From positions 1-15,785 of the forward strand of contig JAPUJS010000481.1 of NCBI GenBank assembly GCA_027296045.1: a stretch of DNA of 15,785 nt, given 5' to 3'. Source of the stretch: a bacterium (GTDB taxonomy: Bacteria; Latescibacterota; UBA2968). Every line of letters begins with the position of its first letter. The stretch's first letter is position 1. The notes below the pieces were generated by a model that made no database searches, was not told the origin of the DNA, and was given only the letters and a program-made list of their open reading frames with translations. Made by a program: the position numbers and the translations under genes. Shown here one piece after another: positions 1 to 6,824 of this stretch.

Positions 1-43
1 GTGTTTACAACAATTAAAAATAAAATAGGCACAATAGACCATC

Positions 44-58
44 TGGCATACGCCTTGC
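44..58 (+). promoter_or_regulatory. Candidate sigma-54 (RpoN) -24/-12 promoter for the pspA operon
   Basis: TGGCAT-acgcc-TTGCG (GG at -24, GC at -12, 5-nt spacer) fits the TGGCAC-N5-TTGCW consensus. It lies about 75 nt upstream of the pspA ATG. An AT-rich tract (11-40) that could be a bending site lies upstream. psp operons in Enterobacteria are sigma-54 dependent. Confidence 0.6.
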
Positions 59-134
59 GAACAAGAGATGGCGTAACCCGTGAATCACCTGACTTGTCAA
101 ATAGAAAAAAGAATCAAAGAGAGAGGAGAACATC

Positions 135-812
135 ATGGCACGTGGAATCTTTTCAAGAATGGCTGACATCATCAGGGCCAATGTCAATGAACTCGTCACC
201 CGGGCGGAAGACCCGGAAAAGATGATCCGACAAATGATTCTGGAAATGGAAGAGGCCGTTAACAAAGCCACCGCCTCGGTCGGAACCGCCGTGGCCAACG
301 AAAAACGTCTGGAACGGCAGCATCTGGAAAAACAAGACCAAATCGAAGCCTGGCAAAGCAAAGCCGAGCTGGCCGTTGAAGCCGGCGAAGACGACCTTGC
401 CCGACGCGCACTGGAACGCAAATCTGCAATTCAGGCTGCTGTCCAGGACCTGGAAGCCGCCCTGGATGAAAGCAAAAAGACGTCGTCCCAGCTCAAACAG
501 CAGCTCACCCAGCTCAAGGGCAAACTCGACGAAGCCCGCACACGCCAGGTCGCCCTCGTTGCACGCCGTCGGGCTGCCGAAGCACGCAAGCAAATCGCCA
601 AGAGTATAACGGGCGTGGGCGACGATGCCTTTTCCAGTTTTGACCGCTTCCGTCAGCGCATTGAAGCCGAAGAGGCCGAAGCCGAAGCCCATCAGGAAAT
701 CGCCGGTGCCGAACCTTCCCTCGACGACGCCTTTGCCAAACTCGAGCGCAAAAGCTCCGTGGAAGACGAACTCAAAGCCCTGAAAGACAAGATGGGAAAG
801 AAAAATGCGTGA
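135..812 (+). CDS. pspA: Phage shock protein A (PspA/IM30 family, ESCRT-III-like membrane remodelling protein)
   Basis: The N-terminus MARGIFSRMADIIRANVNELVTRAEDPEKMIRQMILEMEEAV closely matches the canonical PspA start [40 protein letters not shown]. The protein is 225 aa, helical, coiled-coil rich and charged. An RBS GAGGAG lies 8 nt upstream. Confidence 0.9.
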   Translation: MARGIFSRMADIIRANVNELVTRAEDPEKMIRQMILEMEEAVNKATASVGTAVANEKRLERQHLEKQDQIEAWQSKAELAVEAGEDDLARRALERKSAIQAAVQDLEAALDESKKTSSQLKQQLTQLKGKLDEARTRQVALVARRRAAEARKQIAKSITGVGDDAFSSFDRFRQRIEAEEAEAEAHQEIAGAEPSLDDAFAKLERKSSVEDELKALKDKMGKKNA

Positions 813-1512
813 TCTAGAAAAACTCGCCGACAAGATCGTCTTCGAAGTTGACAGGGCGGTTCGAGAGGTTCAAGATAAAATAGACCGTACGGTCAAACGA
901 GCAGAACAGAAAGTCAGGAAAGCGGAGCGCAGAACACAGCGGGTGTGGGAGTCGCAACCCGACTGGAGTGAATCCCGGACAGTTCGTGACTTCCAGACCG
1001 CTGCCACCAAAATTAAGAAATTCCCCACCCGCATCTCTGACCTGGCCACCGATGGGAGCTGCGCCATGCGATATCTATTTTCCTACTGTCTGAAAGGTTG
1101 GGCTTTCTGCCAGGGATTCGGCGGTCTCATGCTCGTCGCAATCACACTGGCAACCTCTGAACATCCCTGGCGCCAAGAAGAAATCAGTATTGGCCTGGTA
1201 CTCCTTGCCACCTCACAGGTTCTCTGGTGGATCGGTCAGCGCGTGAACAAATCCGCCGACCAGAAAGCCTACGCCCGCGATCAGCATCGCATCTTACGCC
1301 TTGCCCGCGAAAAAGGCGGCAACCTCACCGTCATCGAAGCCGCTACCGACGGACGGATGACCACCGAAAAAGCCGAAGAAATCCTGAGAGAACTGGCTGT
1401 ACAAGGCCACACCGAAGTCCGTGTCACCGACTCGGGCGTGATGGTCTACCACTTCCCAGAAATTTCCCGCTGGGATGAAAAACAGTGGGCCCGACCGGTT
1501 GACGAACTGTAA
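805..1512 (+). CDS. Membrane protein with N-terminal coiled-coil region, two predicted TM helices and a C-terminal winged-helix-like domain. Possible PspA partner or anchor.
   Basis: The start ATGCGTGA overlaps the pspA stop by 8 nt, which suggests translational coupling. Hydrophobic stretches are GFGGLMLVAITLATS and ISIGLVLLATSQVLWWIG. The C-terminus LTVIEAATDGRMTTEKAEEILRELAVQGHTEVRVTDSGVMVYHF has a wH-like pattern. No confident family assignment. Confidence 0.6.
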   Translation: MRDLEKLADKIVFEVDRAVREVQDKIDRTVKRAEQKVRKAERRTQRVWESQPDWSESRTVRDFQTAATKIKKFPTRISDLATDGSCAMRYLFSYCLKGWAFCQGFGGLMLVAITLATSEHPWRQEEISIGLVLLATSQVLWWIGQRVNKSADQKAYARDQHRILRLAREKGGNLTVIEAATDGRMTTEKAEEILRELAVQGHTEVRVTDSGVMVYHFPEISRWDEKQWARPVDEL

Positions 1513-1523
1513 GGGAGAATCCC

Positions 1524-1727
1524 ATGGACATGGACCTGATTTCGATTGGCTTGATGGTCGCCCTGATCATCCTGGCCTCAGCCGTTCACAAATACGTCGA
1601 CCGGCGCACCAAAGGCTCCATCCCCTCCGAAGCGGAAGAACGATTGATGGACCGGATGAATGAACTCGAACGCAGACTCACCGACATTCAAGATGTGATG
1701 CTCACCATTGACGATAAGCTCAATTGA
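1524..1727 (+). CDS. PspB-like small membrane protein, paralog 1 (N-terminal TM, C-terminal conserved helix motif)
   Basis: 67 aa with TM ISIGLMVALIILASAV. The C-terminus SEAEERLMDRMNELERRLTDIQDVMLTIDDKLN resembles the E. coli PspB tail SEQQRLAQLADEAKRMRERIQALESILDAE. RBS AAGGGAG. Confidence 0.7.
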   Translation: MDMDLISIGLMVALIILASAVHKYVDRRTKGSIPSEAEERLMDRMNELERRLTDIQDVMLTIDDKLN

Positions 1728-1744
1728 AGCTAAGGGAGGACACC

Positions 1745-1954
1745 ATGCTTGGCATCACCATGATGATCGTCATCATCATGCTCGCTTCAGCCGCCTGCAA
1801 ATACGTGGACCGGAAAACCCGCCATTTCGGCCCCTCCGAAGCGGAAAAACGACTGATGGACCGAATGGATGAACTCGAACAAAGGCTCACCGATATTCAA
1901 GACATCATGATCGCTATAGATGACAAGATGAGCCGGCCCGAAATGAAAATGTAA
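1745..1954 (+). CDS. PspB-like small membrane protein, paralog 2
   Basis: Start at ATG 1745 (RBS GGGAGGA 6 nt upstream; the track ORF begins at TTG 1724). TM MMIVIIMLASAA. C-terminus SEAEKRLMDRMDELEQRLTDIQDIMIAIDDKM. About 70% identical to paralog 1. Confidence 0.7.
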   Translation: MLGITMMIVIIMLASAACKYVDRKTRHFGPSEAEKRLMDRMDELEQRLTDIQDIMIAIDDKMSRPEMKM

Positions 1955-1979
1955 AAGCGTCTAAAGGAGGGAACCAAGC

Positions 1980-2225
1980 ATGTCACATGAAATTATACGC
2001 ACCGTCTTGGCCGGCATCGTCACGATCATCCTGTCCTCCGGACTTTGTTATTATATCGTCGAGCGTGCAAAATCAAGACCCTGGAAATCCGGCAAAGCCC
2101 CCGACGTGGAAAAACTCGAACAACGCCTCAAATCCTTGGAACAGCGCCTCACTGATATCCAGGACATTGTTCTCTCCATTGACGATCAACTAAAACGCTC
2201 GTCCGGCATTCCCCTTGAGAAATAA
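1980..2225 (+). CDS. PspB-like small membrane protein, paralog 3
   Basis: 81 aa with TM VLAGIVTIILSSGLCYYIV. C-terminus VEKLEQRLKSLEQRLTDIQDIVLSIDDQLKR. RBS AAAGGAGGG. Confidence 0.7.
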   Translation: MSHEIIRTVLAGIVTIILSSGLCYYIVERAKSRPWKSGKAPDVEKLEQRLKSLEQRLTDIQDIVLSIDDQLKRSSGIPLEK

Positions 2226-2237
2226 AGGTCTGATCCC

Positions 2238-3083
2238 ATGAACAAATACCTTCTGTCCATCCTGGGAATCCTGCTCTCCATTTCGCACATCGAAGCCTAC
2301 GAAGGCCTCGACCTGTCGGCCCAAGATATTGCCCAGTTGTCAGCCGTTGGTGTCACTCCCGAATACGTCCAGCAAATTCAACAACTGGGCTACAAAGATA
2401 TCTCTGCCCATGATATTACCCAACTCTATGCCGTTGGTGTGAAACCAGACTACATACGACAAATACGCAAGCTGGGTTATAAAGATATTTCTATCCACGA
2501 CATTACCCAACTCCACGCCGTTGGAGTCAAACCAGACTATGTGAGACAAATCAAAGACCTGGGCTATAAAAACATTTCCATCCACGACATTACCCAACTC
2601 CACGCCGTTGGGGTCAAACCAAACTATGTGAGACAAATCCAAAATCTCGGTTACGACGATATCTCTATCCATGATATCACACAATTTTATGTAACCGGAG
2701 TAACGCCCGACTATATCAAAAAAATGAAGGGCTCAAAAACAAAAATACATATTCCCGAAATCAAAGTGGACGTGCCCAATATCCAGGTTCATATCCCTGA
2801 AATCAAAGTGAATGTCCCACATATTCAGGTTCATGTCTCTGGAGTACAACATACGCGGTCGAACCCATCACGATGGAAAAATGCAGCAAAAATTGCTGGC
2901 TTGAGTTTTCTGGTTCTCGGCATCGGCTTTGCAGTCTATAAACTGAAAGATCCATATCCTGCACCACCCGAAAAACCGGATATAGAATCCCGAATTACCG
3001 AGTTTGAACAACGTGTCACAGACCTTCAGGATATCTTGATCTCCATTGATGACCGATTAAATCGACAATTGAAACATAACTAA
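2238..3083 (+). CDS. Repeat-rich membrane protein: signal peptide, 5x 29-aa tandem repeats, 2x approximately 16-aa repeats, a single TM, and a PspB-like C-terminal motif (paralog 4)
   Basis: The N-terminus MNKYLLSILGILLSISHIEA looks like a signal peptide. The 29-aa repeat DISIHDITQLHAVGVKPDYVRQIKDLGYK occurs five times, and HIPEIKV(D/N)VP(N/H)IQVH occurs twice. TM IAGLSFLVLGIGFAVY. C-terminus RITEFEQRVTDLQDILISIDDRLNRQ. Nucleotide-level tandem repeats span 2390-2690. Confidence 0.75.
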   Translation: MNKYLLSILGILLSISHIEAYEGLDLSAQDIAQLSAVGVTPEYVQQIQQLGYKDISAHDITQLYAVGVKPDYIRQIRKLGYKDISIHDITQLHAVGVKPDYVRQIKDLGYKNISIHDITQLHAVGVKPNYVRQIQNLGYDDISIHDITQFYVTGVTPDYIKKMKGSKTKIHIPEIKVDVPNIQVHIPEIKVNVPHIQVHVSGVQHTRSNPSRWKNAAKIAGLSFLVLGIGFAVYKLKDPYPAPPEKPDIESRITEFEQRVTDLQDILISIDDRLNRQLKHN

Positions 3084-3106
3084 TTTGATCTTTGGAGGGA
3101 CATCCC

Positions 3107-3436
3107 ATGAAATTTCTGTTCCAGCTTGCACTCTGTATCTGTCTGATCATCCTCACGGCAGGAACCATTGGATTTGTTATAGAAGATGGGGACTTTTTTT
3201 CGGGTGGCATCATGCTGATTGTGGTCTGGAGCATTATGTTCGCAATGCTCAAAAGAGCCCTTATTTTTGGTCAATCGGATCAAACCGATTCTGTCAAACA
3301 GGAATGGGCGGACCGCATCACCACCCTTGAAAAACGCCTCACCGACATCCAGGACGTCGTCATCGCGATCGACGATAAGTTGACACGTCAGGAATTCAGA
3401 TCCGATACGACTGTCCGTTCAAAAGAAGAAGCCTGA
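3107..3436 (+). CDS. PspB-like membrane protein, paralog 5 (two TM helices plus the conserved C-terminal motif)
   Basis: Start ATG 3107 with RBS GGAGGGA 6 nt upstream (the track begins at TTG 3092). TMs LALCICLIILTAGTIGFVI and IMLIVVWSIMFAML. C-terminus ADRITTLEKRLTDIQDVVIAIDDKLTRQ. Confidence 0.7.
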   Translation: MKFLFQLALCICLIILTAGTIGFVIEDGDFFSGGIMLIVVWSIMFAMLKRALIFGQSDQTDSVKQEWADRITTLEKRLTDIQDVVIAIDDKLTRQEFRSDTTVRSKEEA

Positions 3437-3498
3437 TACGGGATGGCGCCAAATATACCTCAACATTTACTCTGGCATCAAAGAGAAAGGACCTGTTG

Positions 3499-3669
3499 AT
3501 GCTTATCAAAATTCTCGGCATTGTCTTCATGATCGTCGGAGGTGGCATGGCCCTGGGAATCCTGTTCCCCCTTATTGGCTCCATTTTCGGACTCTTGTGG
3601 CTGGCCCTCAAACTGGCTATCGCCCTCGTCTTCGTCTACGTCGGTCACCGGCTCTTTTCTCAAGACTAA
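3499..3669 (+). CDS. Small (56 aa) two-TM membrane protein, PspG-like. Not in the supplied ORF track, probably because it is under the apparent 61-aa cutoff.
   Basis: ATG 3499 is preceded by AGAAAGGA. The product MLIKILGIVFMIVGGGMALGILFPLIGSIFGLLWLALKLAIALVFVYVGHRLFSQD is entirely hydrophobic with a GGG turn. Its length and pattern loosely resemble E. coli PspG (LLFVIGFFVMLMVTG...LPWLLLAIAVVWVI). It lies inside the psp-like cluster. Confidence 0.5.
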   Translation: MLIKILGIVFMIVGGGMALGILFPLIGSIFGLLWLALKLAIALVFVYVGHRLFSQD

Positions 3670-3758
3670 TTTCGACCCATACCGGTATGGTTGTGTATCT
3701 CACAACCACGTGCAAAGGTGAATCGCGAACACCTTTGCCACACAAATAAGGATGTACC

Positions 3759-4340
3759 ATGTCTCGTTCCAACGACCAAGCCCTCATTCGCAAAGCGCTC
3801 AAAGGCGATCATCAAGCCTTCGAAACGCTTTATAAAGCACACTACCCCCAGATCTATGGGGTCATTGCCCAGCGAGCAAATGATCGCGATCTGATCGATG
3901 ACCTGGTGCAAAACACCTTCATGCGGGCGTTCCGATCGTTGCACACCTTTAAAGGCAACGCCGCTTTCTCAACCTGGCTCACCCAGATCGCCCTCAATGT
4001 GTACCGATCCCATCTTCGGTCCAAACAGGCCCGACAAAACTGGCTGATCGAAACCGAAGACCCCGAGCTTGTCCCGGGCATCATTCGAAACGTTTCTGCC
4101 TTTGACGATCCGGAACAATCCATGCAGAACAAAGAACGCACCGCCCTCATCCGAAAAGGCATCCAGTCTTTGCCCGAACGATATCGAGAAGCCATGTGGT
4201 TGCGCTATGTCAAAGACTGGTCTTACGAAGAAATTACCCATGCCCTTCAGGTGCCTATTGGCACCGTCAAAACCTGGCTTTGCAGAGCCAGGCGTCAACT
4301 GGCCGGAGAATTTCGCAAGATGGGACTCCAACCCGTTTAA
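3759..4340 (+). CDS. ECF-family RNA polymerase sigma-70 factor (sigma-24/RpoE-like)
   Basis: 193 aa. Region 2 is DLVQNTFMRAFRSLHTFKGNAAFSTWLTQIALNVYRSHLR. Region 4 is LPERYREAMWLRYVKDWSYEEITHALQVPIGTVKTWLCRARRQL. Typical ECF architecture. Confidence 0.9.
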   Translation: MSRSNDQALIRKALKGDHQAFETLYKAHYPQIYGVIAQRANDRDLIDDLVQNTFMRAFRSLHTFKGNAAFSTWLTQIALNVYRSHLRSKQARQNWLIETEDPELVPGIIRNVSAFDDPEQSMQNKERTALIRKGIQSLPERYREAMWLRYVKDWSYEEITHALQVPIGTVKTWLCRARRQLAGEFRKMGLQPV

Positions 4341-4395
4341 ACTTGACGGTGGGGTCATTCTGTCCCTATCTTGCCCAATAATAAGGAGGCCGACT

Positions 4396-5001
4396 ATGGA
4401 AGCCTGGTGGGTCGGACTTGCACCCCTGAACCAGATGCTGTATTCTGTCGCCATCTTTTTCAGCATTTTGTTCCTCTGGCAGTTCCTGAGTGCTTTAATT
4501 GGACTGGGCGGCAGTTCGGACTTCGATGTCGCCGAAACCGGTGCCAGTGAACTGGGCCCCGAAGTAGATGACGGATTTCACGAAAGTGGTATTGCCACCT
4601 TCAAATTGCTCTCCGTCCGATCCGTCATCGCCTTTGGGATGCTCTTCGGCTGGGCAAGTGCCCTCTACCTTGAATCGGGCCTGGACCTCTCAGCCGCTGG
4701 ACTTCGGGGCATCTTCTGGGGTACAGCTGGAATGGCGCTGGTTGCCTATTTTTTCTACAAAGTCCAGCGGCTCACCGAAACCGGTAACCTCAAACTGGAA
4801 ACCTGTGTCGGCACCGATGGCGAAGTTTATATCGACATTCCCCAAAACGGAGCCGGTCAAATCCGAGTAATCGAAAGCGGGGTTGTCAACTATGTATCTG
4901 CCCGAAGCAAAGGGGGGAACGCCATCCCGAACAAAACCTCTGTTCGCGTTCTGAAAACCCTCGATATGACCACAGTGGAAGTCGAACCCACCCATTCCTA
5001 A
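4396..5001 (+). CDS. NfeD-like membrane protein (short NfeD/YuaF family; N-terminal TM helices plus C-terminal OB-fold)
   Basis: Start ATG 4396 with RBS AAGGAGG. The TM-rich N-terminus carries the C-terminus GTDGEVYIDIPQNGAGQIRVIESGVVNYVSARSKGGNAIPNKTSVRVLKTLDMTTVEVEP, typical of the NfeD OB domain. It sits immediately upstream of a flotillin gene, as in yuaF-floT operons. Confidence 0.8.
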   Translation: MEAWWVGLAPLNQMLYSVAIFFSILFLWQFLSALIGLGGSSDFDVAETGASELGPEVDDGFHESGIATFKLLSVRSVIAFGMLFGWASALYLESGLDLSAAGLRGIFWGTAGMALVAYFFYKVQRLTETGNLKLETCVGTDGEVYIDIPQNGAGQIRVIESGVVNYVSARSKGGNAIPNKTSVRVLKTLDMTTVEVEPTHS

Positions 5002-5021
5002 ATCCATCTTCGCCCAGCCTT

Positions 5022-5061
5022 CAGCCGTCTGCTCTCCTGGCCTGGCAAGAGCAGACGGCTG
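5022..5061 (+). other. Perfect 14-bp stem-loop between nfeD-like and flotillin genes (intercistronic hairpin, not a canonical terminator)
   Basis: CAGCCGTCTGCTCT - 12-nt loop - AGAGCAGACGGCTG. Followed by GAGCGCTGAGCGCC and a 4-T run; no real U-tract. Confidence 0.5.
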
Positions 5062-5105
5062 AGCGCTGAGCGCCATTTTCTATCCCAATCGGAGGGGAGG
5101 GTCTT

Positions 5106-6755
5106 ATGCCCATCGAGATGATTCTCATCATCGGACTCGCTGCGGTTGTTGTTCTGCTTTTCATTACTTTTATTTCTCGCTACAAACGCTGTCCGTCCAA
5201 TAGAATCCTGGTCATTTATGGCAAAACCGGTACCGGCACAGCGGCCAAATGCATACACGGAGGTGCCGCCTTTGTAATTCCCCTCCTGCAGGACTATGCA
5301 TATCTCGACCTGGAACCCTTTGTGGTTCCCATCGACCTGGACAACGCATTGTCCCAGGAGAACATCCGTGTCTCGGTGCCCACCACCGTTACAGCGGCCA
5401 TCTCCAATCAGCCCGGCATTATGCAAAATGCGGCCGTTCGCCTTTTAGGACTCAGCCGCCAGCAGGTGCAAAGCCAGGCCCAGGACATCATCCTCGGTCA
5501 GATGCGGGCGGTGATTGCCACGATGCAAATTGAGGAAATCAACCGGGACCGCCAGGGCTTTATGAGCAAGGTCAACGAAGCGGTGTCGACCGAGATGGAA
5601 AAAATCGGCCTTACCGTTATCAACGTAAACATCAAAGATATCGATGACGAAAGCGGCTATATCACAGCCATTGGCCGGAAAGCCGCCGCCGAGGCCGTCA
5701 ACCAGGCCGCCATCGATGTGGCCGAACAGGAAAAAATGGGCAAGGTGGGTGTGGCCGAACGGGATCGCGACCGCCGAAAAGCGGTTGCTGCCGCCGAAGC
5801 CAGTGCCGATATTGGCGAATCGGAAGCCGAACGGGAAAGACGTCGACAGGTCGCCGCACTGAACTCCGAAGCAGAAATCGGCGAATCGGAAGCCGAACGG
5901 GAAAAACGCCGACAGGTTGCCGCATTAAACGCCGAAGCAGAAATCGGCGAGGCAGAAGCCGGACGGGACAAACGGCAGCGCGTGGCATCTCTCGAAGCCG
6001 AGGCTGTCCAGACAGAATCCGAAGCGGACGCCAAAAAAGCCGGGTATCTGGCCAACCAGCGTGTGGCCGAGGAAAGTGCCCGACGCAAAAGCGAAGAAGC
6101 CTCCAAAGCGGCTGACGGTGCCATCCGGGTTGCCCAGGAAAATGCGCAAAAAGAAGCCGAAGAAGCCAGAGCGCTTCGCGAAGAAGCCCGTCTGAAAGCC
6201 GAAGTCGTGGTCCAGGCCGAAGCAGAAAAACAGCGTCAGATTGTGGAAGCCGAAGGCGAAAAAGAACAACGACGCCTGGTTGCCGAAGGCGAAGCCGCCG
6301 CCATTCTTGCCCAGAAAGAAGCCGAAGCCAAGGGAACCCAGGCGATCCTGGATGCCAAGGCCGAAGGTTATCGAAAAATGGTCGAAGCCTGCGACCACAA
6401 CGATCAGGCTGCTGCGGCCTTTCTCATTATTGAACGCCTCACCGAAGTCGCCCACATTCAGGCCGAAGCCATCCGCAACCTGCCCATCGAGAAGATCATG
6501 GTCTGGGACAGTGGCAACGGGGAAAGTGGTATGTCCAACCTGGGCCAGCGGTTGATGGGGGCGATTCCCCCAATGCACGATCTGGCTCGCCTGGCCGGAC
6601 TGGAATTGCCCGAATTCCTGGGTAGACTAACCCAGAAAGAAGACGGGGCCACTGGAAATAACCGGACCGGGGAAAAAACAGAAACGCAGGTCGAAAACCA
6701 GGATGCAGCCCAGGATCAGACAGGCGAGACGACAAAAACAGGCGGGGAAGCGTAA
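5106..6755 (+). CDS. Flotillin (SPFH/Band-7 family, FloT/YuaG/YqiK-like)
   Basis: 549 aa. N-terminal TM IIGLAAVVVLLFITFI, then an SPFH domain (RILVIYGKTGTGTAAKCIHGGAAFVIPLLQDYAYLDLEPF...). Long E/A-rich coiled-coil repeats (EAEIGESEAERERRRQVAALN x3) and a conserved C-terminus IIERLTEVAHIQAEAIRNL. RBS GGAGGGGAGGG. Confidence 0.9.
   Translation: MPIEMILIIGLAAVVVLLFITFISRYKRCPSNRILVIYGKTGTGTAAKCIHGGAAFVIPLLQDYAYLDLEPFVVPIDLDNALSQENIRVSVPTTVTAAISNQPGIMQNAAVRLLGLSRQQVQSQAQDIILGQMRAVIATMQIEEINRDRQGFMSKVNEAVSTEMEKIGLTVINVNIKDIDDESGYITAIGRKAAAEAVNQAAIDVAEQEKMGKVGVAERDRDRRKAVAAAEASADIGESEAERERRRQVAALNSEAEIGESEAEREKRRQVAALNAEAEIGEAEAGRDKRQRVASLEAEAVQTESEADAKKAGYLANQRVAEESARRKSEEASKAADGAIRVAQENAQKEAEEARALREEARLKAEVVVQAEAEKQRQIVEAEGEKEQRRLVAEGEAAAILAQKEAEAKGTQAILDAKAEGYRKMVEACDHNDQAAAAFLIIERLTEVAHIQAEAIRNLPIEKIMVWDSGNGESGMSNLGQRLMGAIPPMHDLARLAGLELPEFLGRLTQKEDGATGNNRTGEKTETQVENQDAAQDQTGETTKTGGEA
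5811..6008 (+). repeat. Three tandem approximately 66-nt in-frame repeats inside flotillin (22-aa EA-rich coiled-coil units)
   Basis: ATCGGCGAATCGGAAGCCGAACGGGAAA(G/A)ACG(T/C)CGACAGGT(C/T)GCCGCA... repeated, with the third copy more diverged. Confidence 0.8.
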
Positions 6756-6824
6756 GGCGTGAAACAGATATTGCGCCAATAACTTCTCAACCGCACACCC
6801 ATTTTTAAACAAAAAATCACAAAA

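Noticed and set aside
137-156. TGGCAC motif at the pspA start codon (ATGGCACGTGGAATC)
   Set aside because: It lacks a properly spaced TTGC -12 element and lies inside the coding start. A coincidental sigma-54-like hexamer.
153-833. 226-aa minus-strand ORF overlapping pspA
   Set aside because: Antisense shadow of pspA. The sense strand has a textbook PspA N-terminus and an RBS.
2340-2684. 114-aa minus-strand ORF inside the repeat protein gene
   Set aside because: It is itself repetitive because it is antisense to the 87-nt tandem repeats. The sense frame has a signal peptide, a TM and the conserved family motif.
3437-3498. TGGCAT upstream of the PspG-like ORF as a second sigma-54 promoter
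   Set aside because: It is followed by caaagAGAA with no GC at -12. It does not fit the consensus.
3478-3663. 61-aa minus-strand ORF listed in the track
   Set aside because: It overlaps the better-supported + strand hydrophobic mini-ORF (3499-3669), which has an RBS and sits in the psp-like context. The minus ORF encodes an acidic low-complexity peptide without an RBS.
4069-4395. N-terminal extension of the NfeD-like ORF overlapping the ECF sigma gene
   Set aside because: It would overlap 270 nt of the sigma factor gene in another frame. The internal ATG 4396 has a perfect AAGGAGG RBS and begins right at the TM domain.
5657-6578. Minus-strand ORFs of 155, 96 and 217 aa inside the flotillin gene
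   Set aside because: They are generated by the EA-repeat region of flotillin (antisense gives S/A/R repeats). No RBS or domains.
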